A stretch of 64,000 nt of DNA, from assembly GCF_964188315.1 (NCBI RefSeq), contig NC_135663.1, positions 38,254,001 through 38,318,000 on the forward strand. The letters are read 5' to 3'. Each line of letters opens with the position of its first letter. Within the stretch, counting starts at the first letter, position 1. Made by a program: the position numbers and the translations under genes. Below are positions 12,589 through 24,615 of this stretch, in pieces. This DNA comes from Podarcis muralis. Lineage: Eukaryota. The notes beneath the pieces were generated by a model. The model saw only the letters and a list, made by a program, of their open reading frames with translations. It had not been told where the DNA came from and searched no databases.

Positions 12589-15500
12589 CTGTCATAAAAG
12601 GATACAAATATTTATTAATCAATGATCTGTTAAGTTTACATATATATTAAAAAAGGAGAACAATGTGTTGCTACAAGGCCATTCACTAACGTTCAGAAAA
12701 GCTTGTTACTGTGTACAAATGCATCCCCCATATTTCTTGCGCATTATGAAAATGTAGCAACTTCATAAATCCTTTGAGGGTTTGCAAACATTCTTCACAG
12801 GTGAATATATGGGAAAGACCTTGCTGGAGAACAGTAAAAAGCAATGTGTTTGATTACCCACTTTGACCTAAGAGAAAACCATGCCTGCCTGTGCACACAC
12901 ACAGAGGGAAGAGATGGAATTTTTCTTGTAGAAAACAAAAAAATAGGTTCTTAAACTTCCAGTCAACTCTAATGCTGCATCCTCTTAAACAGTTGCGTAA
13001 AAATATAAAAATACACATAATTGCTTTTTACGATGAATTCAAACTGTATTCCTAGGGATGAAAATGCTTTTAGGTTGAAATATGTTTTTGCGCACACATG
13101 CTGAAATAAAAATGGAGTTTTATGCTATACAGAATAAAATGAATTATTGTTGTGCCATGGACTGCAATTTCAGTGCTAGGATGCATCCAGATGTTAACAG
13201 TGTGCTCTCCCCAATGGACATGGTAGTGCTACTCAGGCATGGGTCATCTGCGAATATTCATGCTTGATCGAAAGGCTACAAGAAGACTGCTCCTTCTCAT
13301 TGAAGGATATCTCCTCTCACTAATTTATGAACCACTTGGAATCCAGTGCCATGTTATGGCATATATGCATAAAACTCTCTGATATACTTTCAACCTTTGG
13401 TTTTGCTGCCCCCCACCCCAAAAGTTCGCTCAGGGTCTGTGTGCTACATTCATTACCGAATAGTGATGGTTTGCATTTCTAACGGTTTGCATTTCAGCTT
13501 GAAAGAAAGCCCCCCATTTGAGCCAATATGATGGGTTTTTCCAAGCCTAGGTGTGGCAAGAGGAGCACTGGTGGCGGGACTGCATCTGCAGAGAGAAGTC
13601 TACAGAATCTAATTCCATTGCCATTAGAACAACCATCGAGATGCTTGTATTATAACTAGGGGATTCAAAGCAACAACCAATAGAAACACTGGTTTCTATT
13701 TGGGCTTCACAAATCTCAGCACTGTACAGAAGATATCTGTTCTGATGGTTGGTAACCTATTAGGCAGAGAGATTATTTCATGTCTCCTCTAAACCAAGCC
13801 ACCTAGTCGTAATCTTAAGAATAATCATTTATTTTACTTTTCAATGCTGTTAATAGAGACGATCTGCCTTTCGCTAGATTCAGATTTCATATTCAAATAT
13901 TTTGATTGATTTATCTCATTTAAAAGTCTATATACTGCTTGATTGTCTTTAAAAAACCCACAAAGCCCTCAAAGCAGTTTACAAAAAGGTATTTTGACGG
14001 GGAGCATAATTCAGGCAGAACATTAGGGGGGTGTATCCAATGTCATTATTAATCATTAGTAGTAGTACTTGATTTCTAACTTGCACAAATATCAGATTAT
14101 CTCAGGATGAGTTACAATCCAGAAAAATGACAAAGTTGCCTAATGAGGTGGCAGGTTGGGCAAGGGATCTATCCCTCTTCTCCCACTCCCCCCCCCCCAC
14201 AACACACTCCCAAAAGAAGCTTCTCTAGAGGGATGGAGGGAACCTCCCATACATTGTGGGATGTGGGTCGTCTGAGGCTGCAGTGGAAGGGAAGCACAGG
14301 ATTCCTTGGCCTAACTGCAGGCAATTCCCTGCTCCCAAAGCACCTAATAATGTTTGGAAGGTCTCCCCGACCTTCTGGAGAGGCCTGGTGAAGGCTACAA
14401 GAGGACAAGGGAGGATCAGTGGCAAGACTTTGCCTTCCATTAGAGGCAACCCTGGAATTTGTGAATATGTGCAACATGCTGCTCCCTGTGACTAGTCAGA
14501 GTTGGTGTGTGAAATGAGAAATCCTTGCCTCTATTTCCACACACTCAGATCCCAGGCCAGTTATCCAACACCTAATTTAAAAACAACAACAACAATAATA
14601 ATTGCTGGATTTTGCAAAAAGATGTCAGAAGTTAGAATTAGGGGGGGCAATTAAAAGTGAGAGTGAAATGGAAAGCACAATAGCTGTTTCAATATGGCTC
14701 TCGTTTTTAGATGTGCATGTAAATAATTTAGCAACATGAGACAAGCTGCCTACAAACAAATAGCTGTTCTGGGAGCAGTTATTAGACAATCTTGGTTTTG
14801 AAAAAATGCCTAATGGGTGGTAAATGGCAGATCATATATTTGAATGGCAGCCTGTTTGGGCTAACGCTGGGAGGAGAAGTTCTAATGGGCCATCCCGGAA
14901 TAGCAAGAATAAGTTGCACACTGTTTGGAGGGGAGGGCAGGGTGAACTTATTTGCTGTGGTCTTGAAGCAGCATATACGTTTGCCCGGGAGTAAGGCTAA
15001 AATGCTCAGCAAAGTCCCTGCTTCTCCTCCCAGCCTCACTATGGCTATTGTTATTCATAAGGCAATTAGGCTGGGAAGCTTTTCTCTCTCTTCTTCCCAG
15101 GTACCCCTGGACTATGGAATTAACAGACCTTTTCGCTTTTGTTGCAGGGGCTCTGTTGGTGAATGATGGTGGTGGTTTTTGGCTTCTGTAATATTATAAT
15201 TGTGTCATCACAACTGGCACCTCCCAGGGGGAGGAAGCCAGAAGGTCTACCTGCACCCATTAATGAAGCTGGCTCTGGAAACAATGAGTTTCTTGGAAAG
15301 GTTCCACTCCCAGAAAGGTAGCCATGCCCTCAATATGTGAGATGGGAGTAATCTATTTTACAGCTTGGCCCTGACCCGGTTCTCCTAATCTTACTACGCA
15401 TTGGGCATTTCATCATATATTGGGTCTTTGCCCGTTTCCCCACCCCCACCGACAGGTGTTCTTGCTATGTGAGTCCGTTCTAGGAAAGCTGCCACACAGC

Positions 15501-17270
15501 AATAATTATTTTCATTCCAAGAAGAGAATAAAATTGTTGTTCTCTTTCTAGTGCTTCATGGATTCAAAAAGCATAATATCCCAACAATCTTTGCAAATGA
15601 ATCAGTGCCCTGTCCAAATCAAATGGTGGCATTGCACACTCATGTGCACATCCAACATCATGTGCTCAAGGGGCAGCATCCGACCAAGTCTTATTCAGAG
15701 TGGATCCACCGATCTCTACTCTTGAGTGTTGATTTGGTTGGATACCACTCTGTGTGTAATGGTTTCAATGTTTATAGATCCACTGAAGACCCGAGGGTTT
15801 CAGGTTTGCATAACCAGACATACGTTGCATGCCTCATTTTAATAAAGATCATTTCTATGTGCCTATATGACGCTGGCACCCAAATAAATGTGTGAAGGAG
15901 TACTGAATGCTTTTTTTACTGGCAAATATGAAAATTATTACACTAGCATCAAACAGAATTAATTATATAAAATTACAATAATCAGAAACACAATTGAAAC
16001 TTCAGATTGTTGGACATACGCCCAGTTGTTTCTCCGATTATTAAATGTGCTGAGGCAACTGGCAAACGTCCCTACTCTGTGGGCTGGGGAAAAGCAAGAA
16101 AACAATTGAGATGTAATGTGTGGTTTCTTCAATGTTAATTGAGAAAAACTTCCTTGATGTGGCCATCATTCAAGTTCCTAAACAAATTCCAACAGCTAGT
16201 CAAATGATTAAAAAAATAAAATCAAACTAGCTTGGAAATCTATACTGTAATGCAGTATATGGGTGGCATTATTTGGAACTGAGCTGCCATTTACAGCTAT
16301 TCGCTGTTTTTGTTAAAACTGAGTTATGCACACAGCAGGATTCCCTTCTGTCTCCCCCACAAATGTCAATCTGTTCTTGGAATGTTTCTTGGCTATTCAT
16401 TTCATATGATGCATTTAATGCTAGAAAAGACCTAGGTTTTGGATCACTGTAGCGCTTAACCTTTTAATCCTGGCACCTAGCATTTTGAATTATTATTATT
16501 TTTAGATCTATGATGAATTTAAGCAGAAATATTATTGCATAGATGTTTAGAATACCCTTCTACCATGTAAACAACCAGGGCAGTTTACAAGAAAGAGACA
16601 GGTTGACAGTAAAATAACAACATAATAAAGTACACAAGCAAAACAATAATTAAGAGAGCAGTTAAAATGAGCAGTTAAAATGCTGTGAGCATTTTAAAAG
16701 CCTGGTGCCAAGCAGGCAACAATGCAGTTGCCAGGTGAGCCTTCCTGGAGAGCGATTTTCCACAAGCAAACTGTCCCTGTCCCAAAAGCCCTCGCTCTGC
16801 TTACCACCCATCTTAGCACAGCTGGGAGTGCTGGAAAAGAACTCTTCACATGAGCAGGTTGATGTGAGGGCAGACATTCTTCAATAGCTTTAACACTAAG
16901 AGCTAGCAGTTTGAATTTTGCTCAGAAACAGACTGGGAGTAATATTATAGGGCTCTGCAACCCATATGTCATGTTCCCAACAACCAATCTCTTCTAGTAG
17001 CTAAGTGGCTGTATTTTCAATGGACTTTGAAGCTTTCAAAGGCAGATCCACATACAATGTATTGCAGCAGTCATCCTCGGAAGCATTTGGTCTTTGTTTT
17101 AAACAATTTGCTGTAGGTGTCCAATTCAAAACACTGGCACCAAGGCCTTGTGGCTCCTGCAATCTAGTTCCTTTTTCACCATTAAGTGAGTCATTTGGAC
17201 TAGTCGGTTAGAACGATATGTAAATTTAGCACAGTTGACAATTAGGACTGGAGTTAACTGGCAAACTTAC

Positions 17271-17401
17271 CTGTGCTTAATAGCAGCAAAACTTTCATTA
17301 TAGTATATTCTTCAAAGCTAAGTTGCAAGCGAACAAACTGAAGGCTGATCTGGTGCATCCCCTGGCACAACTCAAACATTGCAGACTGGCGCATTCTCTC
17401 T
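17271..17401 (-). CDS. NR3C2: NR3C2 exon 7 equivalent, ligand-binding domain
   Basis: 131 bp, ttttgcag|AGAGAGAATG...AGCACAG|gtaagt. Encodes [43 protein letters not shown]. Confidence 0.98.
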
Positions 17402-17646
17402 CTGCAAAAGGAAAAAAAAAGGGGACAGAATACAGATAAGAATAGGCAAGCTTGGTTGGTAGAGCCCCAAGGCTACGCAAGTCTTGAATTACTTAAGAGT
17501 CAAATCACACAGCCGTATACTCATTGTGAATAAGCACAAGTATGACATGCTTGGTTGTAAGTATTGATGCAGCTCAACCATCGGCTAACTTCCTCTTAAG
17601 CCAGACAGATCTTTGTCAGTCCTAAAATTCCTGAACTAGAGACATA

Positions 17647-18336
17647 CCGTATTTTTCGCCCTATAGGACGCACTTTTTCCCCTCCAAAAATGAAGGGGAA
17701 ATGTGTGTGCGTCCTATGGGGCGAATGCAGGAGGCAGGCAGGCAGGAAAAGCTCCCAAAAGCCGCACACAAGCTCTGTGCGGCTCTTGCGGCTTTTCCTC
17801 AGGAGGGACAAGGGACTGACGTGGCCAGTCAGTCCCTTCTCCCTCCTCTAGAAAAGCCCACAGGAGCCGTGTACTCCGTAAAGGGTGCGTGGCTCCTGTG
17901 GGCTTTTGCGGGAGGTGGGGCTATTACCATAGCCGCACGCAGCCTCTCCCGGCTGGAGAGGTGACGCGCGGCTATGGCAGCAGCCTCTTCGCAGGAGAGG
18001 CGTTGCGCAGAGAGGAAGAACTGCACAGTGCCCCTTCAGCCACACGCCTGCTTGGATGCTGGAGGAGGAACAGAAGGGTCTTCCTCTGCATCCCAAAGCC
18101 TGGGGCGAGCTTCGCGCAGCTCTCCACAAGCCGTGGGAGCCTGGCGCGACTTCGCACTGGGCTCCCACGGCTTGCAGAGAGCTGCCTGTTCTGGGGGCTG
18201 GGGTCGGGGGAAGCTCGGGCTTCCCCCGACCCAGCCCCGCGCCTGGGGCGGGGAATAATTTTTTCCCCTTTATTTCCCCCCAAAAAAACTAGGTGCGTCC
18301 TATGGGCCAGCACATCCTATGGGGCAAAAAATACGG
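17647..18336. mobile_element. Tc1/mariner (Tc2/Kanga-like) non-autonomous element, about 690 bp, GC/CpG-rich
   Basis: TIRs CCGTATTTTTCGCCCTATAGGA / TCCTATGGGGCAAAAAATACGG flanked by TA duplications; subterminal GTGCGTCCTATGG repeats. Confidence 0.88.
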
Positions 18337-18460
18337 TACATTAAATCATGGAAACTTCCTACCCTAGACTGGTGACATAGTCAAGTCTAGTGCTGCATCT
18401 CATGACACACTTTGAAGGCAACACTCAAACAGCACATCAGTTTCGAGCAATTCTATAATT

Positions 18461-18713
18461 CAGGCATGTCCTACAGGTAGATCATGATCAACTTGGTAGA
18501 TCACTGGACGTCTGCGGTAGATCACCGGTAGATCACTGGCTCCCCCCAAAGAAGCTGAACAACTGTGGCTCCCCTAAAAAAGCTCAACATTTTACCTCCT
18601 CCATGAAAAAACTCAACAACAACTTTGACCCGAACCCCAAAAAAGGGGGTAGATCACTGCCAGTTTTTAACTCTGTGAGTAGATCGCAGTCTCTTGGGAG
18701 TTGGCCACCACTG
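18461..18713. mobile_element. hAT-like MITE with six GTAGATC motifs
   Basis: Degenerate termini CAGGCATGTCC / GGCCACCACTG; repeated GTAGATC; no TSD recognised. Confidence 0.5.
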
Positions 18714-18759
18714 TTCATTCATCTTTCTCTGAAGAGAATACTCAAGGATCAGACCTTTA

Positions 18760-18930
18760 GAAGCCACCAACTTACTAGATGACTTTAAAAGGGGAATAAA
18801 TAAATTCATGGAGAATGAAGGCCATCAGCAGCAACAAGCCATGATGGCTAAATGTTACATCAAATATCTCAGGCAGTGTTTTTCTGAATGCTAGTTGCTG
18901 GGGAAGAACAGTGGCACAATGCTACTACAC
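18760..18930 (+). mobile_element. Degraded CR1 3' fragment
   Basis: GCCACCAACTT...GACTTTAAAAGGGG...AAATTCATGGAG...GCCATGATGGCT...TCTGAATGCTAGTTGCTGG resembles the end of CR1 ORF2 and its 3'UTR. Confidence 0.6.
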
Positions 18931-19890
18931 ATTTAAAATACTTTTAATTTCAACCACAGTAACATTTTTCCCTGGTTGGGGGCAAAATTTCAGTATTACT
19001 AAACATACAATGCTTGCAAAATGCGTTGAGAACTACAGAAGGAACATCAATTGATATTTTAGTTTCAAGGGAACTGATGCAGTTGAGCAACTGAAGTAAT
19101 AAGAGGTATTGATTTTATATACATCAACTTAGAAAAACTTTCACAACCAAATTGCTCAATTTCTACCCCATCCCAGTCCAGTGTAAAAATATTTCTAAAA
19201 GGCAAGAGACTGGTCAAACTAGTTGTGCAGTACTATGCAACCACTTTCAGAGATGTGAAGTGTGAACTATCAAGGAGTTCACAGGTTGATGCTGTGGAAG
19301 GACATTGTATATTAAAGTGAACATCAGAATTAAATAGAAGAGTTCCTCAACCACTATATATTTCTAAATATATACACCATTAATGCCACCCTAATAGATT
19401 TCATTTTCTAAATAGTGAATGATACATGTTTTCCCGGAAATATAGCAGATCAATCTCTAGGATATTAAAAAAGAGAAAACTTGTGTTGCAAGAGAATGAA
19501 TCACAGGAATAATTTGCTCTTAGGAAGGCTTATGTTAGAATTCAGGTATCACTTCTTAGATAGTGTTTTGAAAGCAAAAAAGGAAGTTTGTAAGGACAAA
19601 TGTTCAGAGTTGTTTTCTGTACTTCTTCAACAGTCTCGGAGGAAGGAGTATATGGTTACCACCCACTCAGCTGTAAGTCATGCATTACATTGAAAGCTAG
19701 CTGATTCTTCCAGTAGATAAAGCAACATAGTTCAGCTCCTGTAATTTGGTGCTTTTTGATTTATCCAGCTGTCGCCAACCATAAATATGAGTGTTTTCCC
19801 AAAAAGTACCTGCGATAGTGCTGCTTGCAACAAGGAAAGGCCGGGCACTCAGTCATACTAGTGTTGTTATTTAGGAGAGGGGGAGAATAA

Positions 19891-19946
<56 letters not shown>
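19891..19946. repeat. Compound (CA)n(GA)n microsatellite
   Basis: Direct read. Confidence 0.95.
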
Positions 19947-19948
<2 letters not shown>

Positions 19949-20027
19949 AGAGAGGAAGAAATGCATCCATTTAAATACAAACACTTGTATTGTGCTTGAT
20001 GAAGCCCCAGAGCCAGGAATTGACCAC

Positions 20028-20560
20028 TGTCATGGACTGGTTGGACACAAAGGAATGGTGGGAGGAACTGGCTGGGGAACCCCCGGGGAAGAAGGCTCAG
20101 AGTTCAGGGAGTGGTGGTGTGAAGACAATGAGTGGTCAGAGGGAGAAGAGGGAGAAGACTGGGAGGTGGAGGTATCAGAAGGTGAAGAGGTAACAGGGCT
20201 GGGTGAGCTGGGAGAGTCTGTGGCAGAGAGAAGTCCAGAATTAGAGGCAGAAGCTGAGGCAGGAGAGGAGGGAGGGCAAAAGGCAGAGATGAGTCTGACT
20301 GGTAGGGAGTCTGAGCACCACACAGGTGCAGATTGCTCAGATTGCTTGGGAGAAACTCCAGAGAGGAGGGGACTTAGGCTGCTGTAGGTACCTTCAGTCT
20401 TAGCAACTGATGATCCATGGGGGGGGGGGGAGGATACTGGGAATGAGTTCCATGATCATTAGGCCTGACATTCTGCCAATTCTGTGCAGATCCTGTTCTT
20501 GCTAATAAAGAGGTGACTCCAATGTGCATGGTGTGATTTACTGCTGGCTCGCTCCTGTCA
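20028..20560 (+). mobile_element. Solo LTR, 533 bp (Gypsy/ERV-like)
   Basis: TG...CA termini (TGTCA...TGTCA); perfect 5-bp TSD ACCAC (20023-20027 and 20561-20565); AATAAA at 20504-20509; purine-rich U3-like region. Confidence 0.85.
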
Positions 20561-20594
20561 ACCACCATAAAAAATATATTGATATGTGGTGGTT

Positions 20595-20722
20595 AATCTG
20601 TGTTACTACAGATGGCACTAAACTACAACTCCCATAATCCCTGGCCATTGGTAATGCTGGCAGGGGCTGAAGGAAGTTGTAGTCCAGCAAATATCTGGAG
20701 GGCTGCAGGTTAGCCATCCCTT
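20595..20722. mobile_element. Degraded hAT-type MITE related to the 396-531 element
   Basis: ACTACAACTCCCATAATCCCT...GAAGTTGTAGTCC...CTGGAGGGCTGCAGGTTAGCCATCCC internal palindrome. Confidence 0.65.
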
Positions 20723-20851
20723 CTACATAGTACTATCAAACTAATGTTTTTGTCAGTCGTTTGAGGAAGAATGTTCATTCTACCTCCATAAGAATATACA
20801 AATAGAAACCAGTGCCTTAAACTGTGCCCAGAAAGCTCTAAGTAGCCACTA

Positions 20852-21093
20852 CAGTGATACCTCTGGTTACAGACTTAATTCGTTTCGGAGGTCTGTTCTT
20901 AACCTGAAACTGTTCTTAACCTGAGGTACCACTTTAGCTAATGGAGCCTCCCGCTGCCACTGCACTGTCGCCACGAGATTTCTGTTCTCATCCTGAGGTA
21001 AAGTTCTTAACCCAAGGTACTACTTCTGAGTTAGCAGAGTCTGTAACCCGAAGTGTTTGTAACCTGAGGTGTTTGTAAGCAGAGGTACCACTA
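20852..21093 (-). mobile_element. 242-bp Tigger/pogo-like MITE, copy 1
   Basis: CAGTG(G/A)TACCTC...GAGGTACCACT(G/A) TIRs with TA flanks; same length and sequence family as the other three copies. Strand is relative to the 37409 copy. Confidence 0.92.
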
Positions 21094-21637
21094 TAGAGAC
21101 TTGAAAGACCGGTGCAAAATTCTCTCAAAGGCCCATCTCCAGCTGGGTTGTACAAATTGCAGCACCTGAATTGCAGCAAGTTGTGAAAGCGTCTAAAACC
21201 ATTTTCAGTCCTTTCAAGCAAGGTAATCATTTTGTTACACAATAACTGCACAGTTGTTATTTATGTTTCAAGGAATGCAGAGGTCCTTTCCCTATCTATT
21301 GCAATAAAGACTGTTGTACGGAAAGCAGTTATGCAAATCTGATAGACATCTATTCAGATAGTGGCCATGATGTCATTGGCAAAGAGCAACACACCTCGTT
21401 TTTTAAAAAAACATGTTTACTTATTTATCCATTTCTCTCTCAACCAAGCATTTCCCCACTGCAGCACTCAAATCTCAAAGAAGGCCAGACATCAAGATAC
21501 CACCCATTCTGCTTTCACAACTATATCCTGACATTTTTCAGTTCTTTCCCTCTTTTTTTCACATTACTTCTATGGAGGCTCTGGGCTCATCTCTCCAATA
21601 GGGTAAGATATTGTGGCCCCAGCCATGGATCAAGACT

Positions 21638-21822
21638 CAGTGGTGGAGCTTCATGCTCCGGCACCGGGGGAGGAGACCAGTCAGGGGTGGAGCGGGGTGT
21701 GCCGCTTGCGGGGGCGGGGTTCCCAGCATGGGTGGGTGGGTGGGGAGCCACAATGGCACCTTGGGGATTGCGCTGCCGGGGGCAGTGCGCTCCCCCCCCC
21801 CACTCCTCTTCCTCCTCCAGTG
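21638..21822. mobile_element. GC-rich hAT-type MITE, 185 bp
   Basis: Termini CAGTGGTGGAG / CTCCTCCAGTG; 8-bp TSD TCAAGACT / TCAAGGCT (7 of 8 match). Confidence 0.75.
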
Positions 21823-21944
21823 TCAAGGCTTGCACAAAGACAGCACTAAAAACCAGGTAGGAAGTGTCACACAGAAAGCTTCCAACAGAGAAGGCAACGA
21901 CATGTTCACAAGACTAAGTAGCCACCACTACAAAGCAAGGAACT

Positions 21945-22095
21945 GATACAGAGGAGAGCCCTGCTAGAAGAACCCATCTAGTCTATCATCCTTTTCCCAC
22001 ATGGGCCAACCAAATGCCTATGAGAAATCCGCAAGCAGGATATAAGTGCAACAGCACCCTCCCAACGTATATTCCCCAACAACTGGTAGTCAGGT
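21945..22095 (-). mobile_element. Old CR1-type 3' tail fragment
   Basis: GAGCCCTGCT...CCCATCTAGTC...GGCCAACCAAATGCCTATGAGAA motif set. Confidence 0.55.
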
Positions 22096-24407
22096 GTAAT
22101 GAAAACATTATTTCTTTTCCTCTTGTACTGTGAAACTCAGCCTTATACTACTGATTTATTCTATAAAGATATTCCAGCACCTTCAAATGCTCTCATGATC
22201 CTGATGTTTATTATTATTATTATTTCCATAGCAGTGGAAAAATCTCCTTCAGTAACAGTTTGCTTAGAATTCAATGGCACATGTGCTTACTGGTTATGAT
22301 TCTTTTATTAGTAGTATTTTGGTATTAGTATTAGTATTATTTATAGAATCGATATACTGCCCTATACCTGGAGGTCTCAGGGCGGTTCACAGGACAATAT
22401 CAAAATACAAGACCTCAAAATAGCTAATCAAAATAAAAACAGCAACCCAATAATTCCCCATATCCACTTTTACAAGAACAGAATACCAGAATACACCAAG
22501 TTACAGCAGTGCAGGTACAGACTACATATGAAAATGTATTACAGAAAGCATTATGTCCTATAAAGCTCCAAAGATACTCCAGTGCAACAGAAGAACTATG
22601 GCTGCTACACCACTTGAGCATAAGTTCCCCTCCATCTGAGAAATACATAACCAGCACTGGGCCCGGGAGAAGGGATGCAGTATGCCACATAAAGCACCAA
22701 ATGTATGTAAACCGTGTTTCTGCAAGATCAGCAGCACTGTATGTTCTGACAGCAGCAGTCATCTGGGATATGGGCCAAGAGGAACCTAAACAGAGTCCAG
22801 GACTTGTTTCCCCCTCATGTCCAGCCCACCAGATAATTGGTGCTGTCAGCTACAGATGTTGGAGAATACTGATGAAGGCAGAAAAGGAAGTGGAAATTGT
22901 GGCAGTTTGCATGTATCTCTCTGATCAAGAATGGAATTTGTTCACATCACATTAATTAACGGCCTTGTTTTTACACTGCTTTGACATTTCCTTTACATGG
23001 GAACAAAAGTTCTGTAAGTTCTGTAAATATATCCATAACTTCTGCTAAATAGCAGACAGTGAGATGCATAACATAGTATTTGGTGGGAAGCCTAAGTGCA
23101 GCAGAATGGAAGCAGTGCTGATTGTGACAAGTACAGCTTGGAATGGAAATTGCTATTTTCCTCTGCATACGTGCCTTTGTAGAGTTAGTATTTCTGCTCT
23201 TATAGCTATTAAAACAAAGCAGCACAACAGTCTGGATGCTGAAGGTGACCTAAGGAGTGTTCTGTCTTCCACAACACACTAAATCCAAAAGCTTGTGGCA
23301 AGCACACAGCTTGTCATGTAATTGAAACTGACACTTTGAAATTTTATGTGGTTTTTTTTGTGAAAATTTGAAGTTTAAAAAAAATAATTTAAGTACTTTC
23401 ATTTGCCTTCATTATTAAGCCCAAAAATATGATTTATAATTAAAGTTGCAATATTTCAATCCTTTTGAATAGTCAAATAAAATAATTAGGGGTATGGATT
23501 TTTTAAAATATTAGCTAAAAGGAGCATGGGATTAAAAAAAAAGGTTGAGAAATACTGATGTAAGTTGTTAATAAGAATATCTATCCAATGTGAGTGTCTG
23601 CACTTCTTGTTAAACTTTTGGTACACATTTCCATGAAGTCCAGGCCTTCTGAAGCAGAAAAAAATATGGGATAGTATACCAAAAATACTTGGTTGATTCT
23701 CCAACAAGATCATGAATTACAACCCTTTCCCATTAAATGTACATCTCACTGTCAGACCAATGGCAAAAATTCTCTGGCCAAATACTTAAATAACATAGGT
23801 GTTAATGTTTTATTAATATTTACAAGATTATAAAAGGCTTCCTAAAATTAGGCCCATGGGATTAACAGAGCGAAAGCAAAACGAATGTCAGTAGGAAAGG
23901 CAATATAGCAAATGACCTATGAAAGTTGTGGAATAATACTCTGCTAAATGCAACAATGACAGCAAACGAGCTTTTCCTCCTCCGAAACTGTACAATTAAA
24001 GTAAATCTGATATGCTTGAAAACACAGCCTTTTATTTTACTCTTCCCCTCCTTAACTGTTAACACAGAATTAGCTGTTCAGGATACCAGGAAGAGTTACA
24101 AGCTGAAATAGCTGAAAGGTCACGCAGAGGTAGCTGCGGCCTTACAGTGTGTTATGCAATGATAAACCCATTGCTCTCAAGTTCAGCAAGGATTCCCACA
24201 GTGACTGCACATGACACAATAGAAAGGCACTCATCCGAATGGTTATTTAACCAGAACACTTATAAAATCAATTAGAAAAGGAAAATGTTAAAAATCCTAG
24301 CTATAACTAAGGCCTAATGTACTGGATCTTAACTGAAAATATGACTGGTTCTTAGCATTACCCATCTTCATTGCCCATTTCAATTCATGATTCACTGACA
24401 TAGAGTT

Positions 24408-24615
24408 AAAACAAAAAAATTCCTTCCAGTAGCACCTTAAAGACCAACTAAGTTAGTTCTTGGTATGAGCTTTCGTGTGCATGCACACTTCTTCAGATAC
24501 TTCTGCATGCACACGAAAGCTCATACCAAGAACTAACTTAGTTGGTCTTTAAGGTGCTACTGGAAGGATTTTTTTTGTTTTGACTATGGCAGACCAACAC
24601 GGCTACCTATCTGTA
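24408..24615 (+). mobile_element. Penelope-like element fragment with an inverted 5' duplication (78-bp arms)
   Basis: Perfect 14-bp TSD ACTGACATAGAGTT (24394-24407 and 24616-24629); arms 24408-24485 and 24504-24581 are reverse complements with 1 mismatch; contains a hammerhead core. Confidence 0.85.
24463..24500 (-). ncRNA. Minimal type I hammerhead ribozyme motif
   Basis: Minus strand GTAT-CTGAAGA-A-GTGTGC AT GCACAC-GAAA-GC-TC^ATAC. Has the CUGANGA and GAAA core boxes, a stem II hairpin, a palindromic AGCT helix III, a UH cleavage site and GTAT/ATAC helix I. Confidence 0.75.

Noticed and set aside
14140-14500. GC-richer block with several ORFs
   Set aside because: No termini, TSD or protein motif recognised; probably an old repeat, but unsupported.
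17396-17403. Tandem AG acceptors at exon 7 (cag|AGAGAG)
   Set aside because: The +2 and +4 sites shift the frame and +6 deletes LBD residues; nothing in the sequence favours their use.
17701-18344. Stack of overlapping ORFs
   Set aside because: Stop-poor GC-rich MITE interior with no transposase motifs.
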